NCBI GenBank assembly: GCA_964591795.1
Contig: CAZQEL010000001.1
Span: forward strand, 52,779 to 84,778
Direction of reading: 5' to 3'
DNA length: 32,000 nt
From: an uncultured archaeon
GTDB taxonomy: Archaea; Iainarchaeota; Iainarchaeia; Iainarchaeales; CSSED10-239
Under the pieces are notes generated by a model. It was not told the DNA's origin, ran no database searches, and saw only the letters and a list, made by a program, of their open reading frames with translations. Made by a program: the position numbers and the translations under genes. How positions within the stretch are numbered: the stretch's first letter is position 1; each line of letters starts with the position of its first letter. Shown here in pieces: positions 1-8,724 of the stretch.

Positions 1-3000
1 GTAATAAAAACCATTTAAACTTTGAATTACTTGTTCTTGAGGACTTAAAGGATATAATACTGTTCTTTGTGATATGAATTCTTCAGCTTTATTTATTCTG
101 TTTAAAACAACTTGAGTTAATTGAGTTGAATCACAATATTTTTCAGAACATCTATTAATATCTTGAACTGACCAATCCCAATCTAATAATACATTTGGAA
201 CTGCACCAGAACCAGTTTTACCAGTTTTACCAGTATCTGTAACACAATCTTGAACTACCAAATTATAATTTTGTGTTTCTTCTGGTTTAGTAATAAAAAA
301 TCCAAATCTATAGTTTCCAATCTTTTCAGAATTTGCAAATGCAGGATCTTGTATTTCAACTGAATCTTCAAGTGTTGGATTAAATTCATAGTTTTTAAAA
401 TAATATTTCTTTGAATCATTATTAATGTGACTATATATGTTATCAGTAAAACTAAATTGTAATGGTTTTATTCCAGATTGCTCTGGCCATAATGTTTCAT
501 TAACTTTACAAGTATAAAACATTTCAGTTTCAAGTTGTATTCTATTTCTAGTTGGTTTTGCACCATAACATTTAATTGATTGAGATAAAACTCCATCTTC
601 AATTGTTGGATTAAATGAATTATCACAATTTCTATTTTTTATTATTTGAGAATAATAATCTTCAATACTTGAATTAGGATTATTACATAAAACATAATCT
701 GTTAAAGATAAATCAGCGTCTTTTGTAAGTCTATCTTTAATTTTATTATAAATTTTATCTGAATCTTGTGTTCTTGTAATTAAATCATTATAAGTATAAT
801 ATCTAGCACCAGTAATATCAAAAATATTTAAATAAGAAGATTCATCGGATACATCATCTACAGTGATTATTTTTAAAAATTCACCATTAGAAAGTGTATA
901 CTTTTGAGGAACATCTAAATATTTATTATTTAAAACTGGATATGCAAATTCATTTTTCCAAGAAGTTGCTGCCCAAGAAACTAAAACAATCACAGCTAAA
1001 GTAATCCAACCATAAACAGGAATAGCAGCTAAAACTGCAGCAAATCCAACAGATCCAGCTGCAGTAGCACTAGCAACTGCAATTTCAAGCGCTGCAGCAG
1101 TAGCAATACTTAAACCAACCGCAGTAACAGTTGCTGCAGCTAAAACAGTTATACCAATTGCAGCAGCAACAGGCATAGCACCTTCATCAGTAGTACCCAT
1201 AAATTCTAAATTTTCTAAGGATTTATAATTCATTTTTTGGAAAGCATCATCTTGTTTATTAAAAGTTGATGACAAATAATCAGAAAAGGTAGATGTAACA
1301 GTAACTCCATTTTGAGCAATTTGAGCTTTATATTGTTCAACATCCTGAACTGTAGGAATAGAATTAACATAATCCCAAGGAGTCTGTTCTAAATTATTAT
1401 TATATAATCTTACACTTTCAGAAACTTTAGTAGTATCTGAAATTTCAATAAAAGGATCCTCCATCCATAAACCACTAGAATCTTTTGCATTTATTTTTAA
1501 TAAAGCATAAGCTGAAGTAACTTCACGTCCAATATTATTAACAACAGATATTTTATTGTTTAAAACATAAGCACCAGGAGCAATAGTTGAATCTTTTCTT
1601 TTAATTGAAACAGTTTTTTCTGAGTCTAAAAGACTAAAATTTAAAATACCATTTTCTTCATCAGTATTATCAATAGATAAATCTCTACAGGAATAATCAT
1701 TTCCTTCACAAAGATCCATTTTTAATGTTGCTTTACCAAAACATTCGTTTTTAATAGTTAGATCTTTAGCTACAGTATCCTCAAGAACAAAAAGACCACC
1801 AGAATTAATTTTTTCTCCACCATCATAATAGGATAAACATTGTGTTAAATCCATAATTGATATATTTGCTTTTAATAAAATATCATTAGAACCTTTATTT
1901 ACAAAAGTTAAACCCTCTTCTGTTTCTACTTGAGCATTTAAATAAATATCAGTTTTTACTTCTGCAAATTTAGCACCATTTGTGTTAAATGCAATTTCAA
2001 CAGTATATTCTTCTTCAGGTCTCATTTCATTAATTAAAATTCTATAATAATTTTCTGATAATTGTATTTGATTAGAAGCACCTGAACCAATTAATTTTAA
2101 GAAATAAATACCATATCTATCTCCATTAGATTTAATTTTTGCTTGAACATTCTTAATTGTTATAGGTAAATTTCCTTCTTTAGAGATACAAGTGTTTTTT
2201 ATTTTTAAAGTTGTAGATTGGGTTGTTGTTGAAACAACTGTATTCCATTCACCAGCACTTTGAGTAACAACTAAACAATCATCTTCTAAAACACCGTTTC
2301 CAACAGATAATTTTACATTAACAGGAATATTAAATAAATATTTTTGATTATTTAATAAATAAGTGGCAGTTAAAGCACCTAAAATATTTTCACTTACAGA
2401 ATGTGATTGAGCACTTTCAGAAGGTGCAAATTTAATTAAAATTTCTTTAGATTCGTTTGCAGGTATTACAAAACCATCAGGTGTACTAATTATTTGATTA
2501 TTAAGATAATTAACAGTTTGTAAAAGATTTAATAAATAGGATTTATTAAAAGAAACATCCTGTTCATTAAATTGATTTAAAATTAATGGATATGCAGTTT
2601 TATTTTTAAGTTCTAAAGTATATATCTCCCCATCCATATTTGTCTTATGAATAAATACTTCTAATGGTGAATTTGAATTAATTATTTCAGAATTATTAAA
2701 AATATCAATAATATCTCTAGTAATTGAAAATTCAACTGGATCTGCAAAATATTTAGATTTAATAGATTCAATTATAAAAGTTTCTCCTGGTCTTAAAGAT
2801 GGAAGACTAATTGTAGCTTTTCCTTCTGCATCAGTTGTTCTACCAGTTGAAACTATAGTTGTTCCAGTTATTGTTTTTTGTAAAATATTAATATTTGCAC
2901 TCTCAACAGCATTTCCAGTAGTATCTTTAACAATTACGGTTAATGTAAATGGAACACCAGGTACAATATTTTTAGGTTCATAATCAACTATCATTTTATC

Positions 3001-5733
3001 AAGATCTGATACAACAAAGTTAATTGGTAAAGTATAAATTACTGATTGTTCAGAAACAATTCTAGTTTGAAGTTTTGATTGTCCTAAAATTAATGGGAAT
3101 AATTTTAAATTAAAATTTATATTTGAAAACGGATTTAAATTATCCTTTAAAAGTTCATTTTCATAAAATGGAAGTTTAAAATTAGTTTCTCCAGTTGCAG
3201 TTTCGCCCACTGATGAAAATTCACCTGTAACATCATATGATTTAATACCAACCATAGCTGTAGGATTACCTTCAGAATTAACATTAACTGCTGAAAGTCT
3301 AGCATCAGGATAATTATTAGGTGATGAGTTTGTTATTTGATATTCTAAAGTATAATCAGAGTTAACAAGCATTGGAATATTTTTATTTCCTCCAATATCA
3401 TATCTTAATCCTTCTGAAACATCAACATATTGTCCTGAGAAACAAAATGTAGTATTACAAAGACTTGTTGCTTCTACAAAATATTGTAATTGAGTATAAT
3501 TTTGAGTCATGTAGTTTATAGATGTAATTGATGATGTATAAAAGAAAGATACTTTATCATTAGTTTGTGCATTTCTAATTCTTACAGGAATTGTAATTTC
3601 ATGAACTGATGCTGGAAAATCATTTACTTGTATATTTACAAGTTTTGATTCTAAATAATTACTTGAATTTGAAAAAGGTTCACTCTCATAATAAACAGCT
3701 ACACCTAAAGAGTTATTTTCAGACATTATAAAAATAATATCATCACTAACATTTATTTCACTTCCAGCTCTAAGTGTAAAATTAAAATTTGTACTTGAAG
3801 ATGGCATTATAATTTTATATTTTAAATAAAATACTTGATTATTTTTTAAAGATTCAACTTCTTGATAGTCAGTATTATATAAACCTAAATATTCAGTAAC
3901 AACATCTTCAGTTGTAAGCGCTCTTTCTAAAATAATATTTTTAATAATAGTTTTACTTTTATAAATTCTAAACATTTCAGTAAAATAAGGTAAATAACCA
4001 TCAGTTTCTATTTTTATGAAAACTTTTTTATCTGCTTTTATTTGATTTTGCAAAGTACCATTAGCTGAAGCCATTGCAGTTCCTAAAACAGCACCTGTTT
4101 CTGAATAAAAAGTTACTGTTGAATTACCAACTATTTCTTCTAATTTATTTTTTACATTTAAATTAATTGTTCCTTTTCCAATAATAACAGGAAGAGTAAT
4201 ATTTGTATCTGTTGGTGGTAAATTATGATATTCAGAAGAAATTTCTTCAATATAAAGATTCTTTGTCTTAACTGTAAAGTTTAAATCTGGAATATTTTTA
4301 AAAACTGCATTTCCATTTTCATCAGAAATACTAAAATCAAATCTAGGATCAATATATTGCCCATCAGCATCATATAACCAAGATTTAATACCAATAATTG
4401 GTTTATCATCTTCGTCTTTTATTGAAACAATAATATTTGAAACATTACTTATAGTTATTTTTTCTAAATTAAAAGTATATATGTTTAATGAATTAGATAC
4501 TGACATTAAATTTCCAGGAATGTACCCTTCTGCTGCTACTTTAAGTGAATAATTTTTATTAGTATCTACATTAAAAATAAAACCTTCATGAAGTTGTCTA
4601 TCTTCAACATTTTGATTTCCATCTAAAAGTAAAGTAACAATAGGATTTGTAGAAGCATCTAAAACAATACCTGTATCTCTATCTTTTACAAAAACAGTTA
4701 TTTCATTTAAAATAATTTCTTGATTTGTATCTGGATCAATAACAGGACTAATTCCATCTCCAGTATCAATCATATTAATAGTAATTTCAGACATTGCATT
4801 TTTTATAACAATTACATCTTCTTGTGATGCTAAATATCTATTTTGAACATCTGTAGCTTTAACAACATAATCACCAATAGGAATAGAATCAAAAGATCCA
4901 ACCCCAAAGTTTGATTGAATTGTTTTTATTGAACTAACAGGATCATCAACTGAGAATATTTTTAAAGTAATTGAGTCTTCAATATAATACTCTCCACTCA
5001 TTAAAGAAACATAAGCAGATCCAACTTCTAAAGAAATTTCTTTTGGACTTAATCTAATGATTGAATCAGACATTTTTATTGGAATACTTGTAGCATTATA
5101 TTTATCACTTACTACATTTGCATAAAGAGTTTTACAGCTTGAAGGAACTTCTAAAGACACAGAACCATCAACTGTTTCTATTGATGAAGGTGTAATTACA
5201 TCTCCATTATCACAAATAATAGTTACACTTAAAGCATCTTTAATTTTTTGTTCAGTTAAAGCATCTTGAAAATATACAATTTTTGGAAAATTAACTGGAA
5301 TATTTAAAAGACCGATTATAAAATTAAAAGTTTGTCTATCAAAAATTAGTTCTTGTTCATAATAGTCATAACCTTCTTGTTCAACAATAAACAAATAAGA
5401 ATTATTTTTATTTAAGGTGATTTTAAAAGAACCAGCAACATTTGTAGTATAATTATTTGTAGTTCCGTCTGATATGTTTCTAAGTTTAAAATCAAAATTA
5501 CTTAAAATATTATTTTCATTATCAGCAAGCCTTAAAGTTACATCAATGTTATTTGATTTTAATGAACCTAAACTTGAACCAAAAATTAAATAAAGTACTA
5601 TTAAAATAATTAAAATGAATAAAAAAAAAGAAGTTAAAGGATACTTTTTATCTAAAGGACCTGTTATTTTCTTAATTGGAATTCTATTATCTATCCCTGT
5701 AAGAATATTTTGCCATGTCTCTTTAAAACTCAT
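1..5733 (-). CDS. Giant N-terminally anchored surface protein, paralog A (5' complete, 3' end beyond window; 1911 codons in window)
   Basis: Absent from the supplied ORF track, presumably because it is open at the window edge. ATG at 5733-5731 with GGTGAT 4 nt upstream. Hand translation: MSFKETWQNILTGIDNRIPIKKITGPLDKKYPLTSFFLFILIILIVLYLIFGSSLGSLKSNNIDVTLRLADNENN... I read triplets 1-960 in this frame and saw no stop. An internal Met at 1200-1198 is exactly 1511 codons from the start. Domain order is collinear with the 1862-, 2307- and 2645-aa proteins. Confidence 0.88.
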   Translation of the reverse strand, partial: MSFKETWQNILTGIDNRIPIKKITGPLDKKYPLTSFFLFILIILIVLYLIFGSSLGSLKSNNIDVTLRLADNENNILSNFDFKLRNISDGTTNNYTTNVAGSFKITLNKNNSYLFIVEQEGYDYYEQELIFDRQTFNFIIGLLNIPVNFPKIVYFQDALTEQKIKDALSVTIICDNGDVITPSSIETVDGSVSLEVPSSCKTLYANVVSDKYNATSIPIKMSDSIIRLSPKEISLEVGSAYVSLMSGEYYIEDSITLKIFSVDDPVSSIKTIQSNFGVGSFDSIPIGDYVVKATDVQNRYLASQEDVIVIKNAMSEITINMIDTGDGISPVIDPDTNQEIILNEITVFVKDRDTGIVLDASTNPIVTLLLDGNQNVEDRQLHEGFIFNVDTNKNYSLKVAAEGYIPGNLMSVSNSLNIYTFNLEKITISNVSNIIVSIKDEDDKPIIGIKSWLYDADGQYIDPRFDFSISDENGNAVFKNIPDLNFTVKTKNLYIEEISSEYHNLPPTDTNITLPVIIGKGTINLNVKNKLEEIVGNSTVTFYSETGAVLGTAMASANGTLQNQIKADKKVFIKIETDGYLPYFTEMFRIYKSKTIIKNIILERALTTEDVVTEYLGLYNTDYQEVESLKNNQVFYLKYKIIMPSSSTNFNFTLRAGSEINVSDDIIFIMSENNSLGVAVYYESEPFSNSSNYLESKLVNIQVNDFPASVHEITIPVRIRNAQTNDKVSFFYTSSITSINYMTQNYTQLQYFVEATSLCNTTFCFSGQYVDVSEGLRYDIGGNKNIPMLVNSDYTLEYQITNSSPNNYPDARLSAVNVNSEGNPTAMVGIKSYDVTGEFSSVGETATGETNFKLPFYENELLKDNLNPFSNINFNLKLFPLILGQSKLQTRIVSEQSVIYTLPINFVVSDLDKMIVDYEPKNIVPGVPFTLTVIVKDTTGNAVESANINILQKTITGTTIVSTGRTTDAEGKATISLPSLRPGETFIIESIKSKYFADPVEFSITRDIIDIFNNSEIINSNSPLEVFIHKTNMDGEIYTLELKNKTAYPLILNQFNEQDVSFNKSYLLNLLQTVNYLNNQIISTPDGFVIPANESKEILIKFAPSESAQSHSVSENILGALTATYLLNNQKYLFNIPVNVKLSVGNGVLEDDCLVVTQSAGEWNTVVSTTTQSTTLKIKNTCISKEGNLPITIKNVQAKIKSNGDRYGIYFLKLIGSGASNQIQLSENYYRILINEMRPEEEYTVEIAFNTNGAKFAEVKTDIYLNAQVETEEGLTFVNKGSNDILLKANISIMDLTQCLSYYDGGEKINSGGLFVLEDTVAKDLTIKNECFGKATLKMDLCEGNDYSCRDLSIDNTDEENGILNFSLLDSEKTVSIKRKDSTIAPGAYVLNNKISVVNNIGREVTSAYALLKINAKDSSGLWMEDPFIEISDTTKVSESVRLYNNNLEQTPWDYVNSIPTVQDVEQYKAQIAQNGVTVTSTFSDYLSSTFNKQDDAFQKMNYKSLENLEFMGTTDEGAMPVAAAIGITVLAAATVTAVGLSIATAAALEIAVASATAAGSVGFAAVLAAIPVYGWITLAVIVLVSWAATSWKNEFAYPVLNNKYLDVPQKYTLSNGEFLKIITVDDVSDESSYLNIFDITGARYYTYNDLITRTQDSDKIYNKIKDRLTKDADLSLTDYVLCNNPNSSIEDYYSQIIKNRNCDNSFNPTIEDGVLSQSIKCYGAKPTRNRIQLETEMFYTCKVNETLWPEQSGIKPLQFSFTDNIYSHINNDSKKYYFKNYEFNPTLEDSVEIQDPAFANSEKIGNYRFGFFITKPEETQNYNLVVQDCVTDTGKTGKTGSGAVPNVLLDWDWSVQDINRCSEKYCDSTQLTQVVLNRINKAEEFISQRTVLYPLSPQEQVIQSLNGFYY
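958..1200 (-). other. Ala/Gly-rich hydrophobic module in A (residues ~1512-1592), about 2-3 TM-length segments
   Basis: Hand translation: MGTTDEGAMPVAAAIGITVLAAATVTAVGLSIATAAALEIAVASATAAGSVGFAAVLAAIPVYGWITLAVIVLVSWAATSW. The GC-richer GCN codon run is visible in the DNA at 1000-1190. Confidence 0.7.
3919..5571 (-). other. Protein-level array of about six CarboxypepD_reg/PEGA-like beta-sandwich repeats in A (residues ~55-605)
   Basis: Recurrent pattern of about 85-95 aa, for example IDVTLRLADNENNILSNFDFKLRNISDGTTNNYTTNVAGSFKITLNKNNSYLFIVEQEGYDYY. This matches the V.V.D..g.p...a.V.l......T...G.f.i.l..g.Y.v.v...GY logic of carboxypeptidase-regulatory-like domains. Hand translated, boundaries approximate. 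Confidence 0.55.
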
Positions 5734-5737
5734 AAAA

Positions 5738-5743
5738 ATCACC
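5738..5743 (-). promoter_or_regulatory. Shine-Dalgarno GGTGAT for gene A
   Basis: Minus strand reads ACAGGGTGATTTTTATG. It is complementary to the conserved 16S 3' end, with a 4-nt spacer. Confidence 0.6.
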
Positions 5744-5755
5744 CTGTGTTAATAA

Positions 5756-8677
5756 TTAATTTATTATACATCCATCGTTGTTTTCAATCCATATAGTTTG
5801 TGATTCACTTGATAGATCTCCACCGAATAATGGTTCTGATACTGCAATAGGATTATAATATATTTTTAATGAATTACCAGTGTAATCAATACATGCTTTC
5901 TTTTCATTAACAAGATTAAAAATCTCACTTACAAACTTAATATCATTTTCTAAAATATTATTAAGTATAACAGAGTTTGATCCACTTGTATTATCTTTTG
6001 TAAAAAACAATGCTGAATCATCAGCTGAATCTTGATATAATACACTTTTACCATTACCTGTTTTAAAATTACTTGGAGTGTATAAAACTGTTCTTAAATA
6101 AACATTTCCATGTCTTGTAATATTCTTTGCTTCCCATTCAACACCATAAGACACTGCTTGACTTGGAGTAATTGGTGCAAGTCTTGATGAAAGTGCATGT
6201 ACATCTGGTCTTTCAAGATAAGCTTCTTGTACTGATATTCCTGAAAAGTCAAGACAATTACCAATACCTGTCCATGGAACTAAAGTTCCTGAAGTAAGTG
6301 CTGGTTCTCCACCTTGATTTTGTGGTCCACCAATATCAAGTTTATAGAAACTATAAGCATCATTTGCTTGATTAGATACTTTTAAAGCAACTGGAGTTGC
6401 TCTTGATGGTATAAAATAAAGTTCTGGATTTGTTTTATTTTCAGATAAATTAATACTAAGTAACATACCTCTTGTTGAACCGTTATTTAAGAAAGAAAAT
6501 TCATTTGGAAGACGTCCATATTCCTTTACACTTACAGTATTAATTGTATTTGATTGTGTAAAAGGTTCTGTTCTTAAATATTGACCAGTTGCAGTTTCAA
6601 CAATTGTTACAATATCTCCAGTAAAATCAATACCATAACCTTGTCTTGCGTTATCTGAATCAACACCTACAAGTCCATCAAATGGCATATAATAAAGAGG
6701 AGAATCTCTTTCTGGTGAAATTTCTCTAGATAAAACTATATCTACATTTCCTGTAATATTGCCAGCATCATCAAACAATCTCCATTGATCGTCAAATGTT
6801 ACATCTAATAAAACATTATATCTTCCAGGACCTTGTAAAATAAGTCTTCCTGATTCTGAATCCATTGTTGATTTAAAATTAAAATTATTAGATATAAAAT
6901 ATTTATAATATTTTTCAATATAATCTGTTGGAGCTGCAGTTATTGTAAATCTATAATATCTATCAAAATCTGATTTAAAATCATCAGAATATCCATCTTT
7001 CATTAAATAAGATCTAAACTCAACTAATGAAGTATCAATCTTTGTGTTCTTTGAATATAAATTTAAATTCCTTGAAATCTTTGGTAAATTACAAACTTCT
7101 GAATTTGGAGTAAATATGTTTTCTAAAATATTATCCAATTCTGAATCTACAATACTATATGGGGTATCCAATATTAAAACTGCAGAAACTTTTAAACTTG
7201 TAGTATCATCTAAAATTATTCCAACATCAAATGATTCATTTCCAACATAAACTTCATTATTAAAATCATTTATATTTAAAGTAATTAATTTTGATTCAAC
7301 TTGAACATTATTTTTATAAACTGTTAAACTTAAATGACCATATGGAGAAGGAGATATATTTTTATCAGCATTATTAAAACCACCTTCTATTCTATAATCA
7401 ACAGCAATATATCTATCATCATAACTTGAATTTAAAATAGTTAGACCTAAGTTATCTGTTGCAGAAACTAAATTTTGAGTAACACCTGGTGTTGGACAAG
7501 TGAAATCTCCTTTATTTGTTTGAACAAAATCATCTATTTCTTTTAATTTATTTAAAAGTTCAATTGAGAACTGTGTTGAATCACAAAAGATTGATTGTTT
7601 ATCAGCTTCTCCTGTTAAATCAGCATCACACCAATTAAGAGTATTTACATACTTATCTGAAATTAATTGTACCTCTTGATTATATCCAAAATCCCAATTA
7701 AATGCAATCTTTGGTAATATTTCTGAACCTGTTTGTCCTAAAAGCATTCCACTTTCAGTAACACAATTAACTTGATCAAGATTAGTATTATCAAGCACAT
7801 CTCTTGTATAAGAATTAAATATTAATTTAAATGGTTCAGTTACAATTTCATCTTTTCTATTATCATTTATTATTTTTAAAAAATTATCATTTCCACTTAA
7901 AACTCTACTAATTTTTATTAATGGAGTACCTGTTGAAAAAGGTGAAGCTAAGAAAGTTAACCAATCTCCACTTAAAAATTTACCATTAAATATATCGTTT
8001 GGAGTTAAACTATAACTAATATCATTTATATATGTTGATTTAGGATATTTAACAACAAAATTTCTATATTCGTATTCGTTTTCAATAGTTTTTGCAGGAT
8101 CTTCAAATAATATTTCTCTTTTTTGAATATCTAAAACATCATTATTTGAATCTAAAACTTGTGTTAATTTTGTTTTGTCAGCAAGTCTAAATGTTGGTGA
8201 ATTGCTACCATTATCTATTTCTATTAAATTTTTAACTTTTATAAACTGTGCATCAAGAACATTTTTATCTGTTAATAAAATATTTTCATATGGTAAATAA
8301 TCGGGTATATCCTTTGCATCCAATTTATTAACATATACAAAATCTTCAACATGTTCAATTGTATAATCTTTAATGTCATTTGAAATATTTACTTTATCTC
8401 TATCAAGCGCAAAATTAATTTCAACTTTTGATAATGAACTAAAAGTTTTAAATGCTGAAAAAGCACCTACTAAAATTCCATGAACAACAGGACTTAATCC
8501 AAATACTTTGGTTAAAAGACCACCTCCAGAACTAAATAGTGAATCTACTAATCCCTTTCCAACAGCTTCTGTAGCATCATCATTGCCGGGTGCAGCTACA
8601 GGCACGCTAATAAAAGAAAGCATTAGAGTTATCATTAATATTATTCCTAGGAATTTAGTTTTATTTTCATATTTCAT
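5756..8677 (-). CDS. Secreted or N-anchored protein B, a 'headless' paralog of the C-terminal modules of the giant proteins
   Basis: 973-aa ORF in track, TAA stop. AAGGTG lies 8 nt upstream of the ATG. N-terminal hydrophobic signal/anchor FLGIILMITLMLSFISVPVAA. No CarboxypepD_reg array. By eye it shares GKG..LFSS with E, NCVTESG..WDF and FCDSTQF with A and D, YYMPFDG with D and E, and a C-terminal FNLVNEKKAC..KIYYNP with D. Confidence 0.93.
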   Translation of the reverse strand: MKYENKTKFLGIILMITLMLSFISVPVAAPGNDDATEAVGKGLVDSLFSSGGGLLTKVFGLSPVVHGILVGAFSAFKTFSSLSKVEINFALDRDKVNISNDIKDYTIEHVEDFVYVNKLDAKDIPDYLPYENILLTDKNVLDAQFIKVKNLIEIDNGSNSPTFRLADKTKLTQVLDSNNDVLDIQKREILFEDPAKTIENEYEYRNFVVKYPKSTYINDISYSLTPNDIFNGKFLSGDWLTFLASPFSTGTPLIKISRVLSGNDNFLKIINDNRKDEIVTEPFKLIFNSYTRDVLDNTNLDQVNCVTESGMLLGQTGSEILPKIAFNWDFGYNQEVQLISDKYVNTLNWCDADLTGEADKQSIFCDSTQFSIELLNKLKEIDDFVQTNKGDFTCPTPGVTQNLVSATDNLGLTILNSSYDDRYIAVDYRIEGGFNNADKNISPSPYGHLSLTVYKNNVQVESKLITLNINDFNNEVYVGNESFDVGIILDDTTSLKVSAVLILDTPYSIVDSELDNILENIFTPNSEVCNLPKISRNLNLYSKNTKIDTSLVEFRSYLMKDGYSDDFKSDFDRYYRFTITAAPTDYIEKYYKYFISNNFNFKSTMDSESGRLILQGPGRYNVLLDVTFDDQWRLFDDAGNITGNVDIVLSREISPERDSPLYYMPFDGLVGVDSDNARQGYGIDFTGDIVTIVETATGQYLRTEPFTQSNTINTVSVKEYGRLPNEFSFLNNGSTRGMLLSINLSENKTNPELYFIPSRATPVALKVSNQANDAYSFYKLDIGGPQNQGGEPALTSGTLVPWTGIGNCLDFSGISVQEAYLERPDVHALSSRLAPITPSQAVSYGVEWEAKNITRHGNVYLRTVLYTPSNFKTGNGKSVLYQDSADDSALFFTKDNTSGSNSVILNNILENDIKFVSEIFNLVNEKKACIDYTGNSLKIYYNPIAVSEPLFGGDLSSESQTIWIENNDGCIIN

Positions 8678-8685
8678 ATATTTTA

Positions 8686-8691
8686 CACCTT
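8686..8691 (-). promoter_or_regulatory. Shine-Dalgarno AAGGTG for gene B
   Basis: Minus strand reads AAATTAAAGGTGTAAAATATATG, with an 8-nt spacer. Confidence 0.55.
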
Positions 8692-8724
8692 TAATTTCAT
8701 AAAAGTTTTTTTTAATAAATTTAA

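Noticed and set aside
211-234. 9-nt tandem repeat ACCAGTTTT x2.7 encoding TGKTGKTG in protein A
   Set aside because: It is short and in-frame, and lies in a Gly-rich loop of the conserved CVTDTG module. This is ordinary micro-duplication, and nothing suggests a regulatory role.
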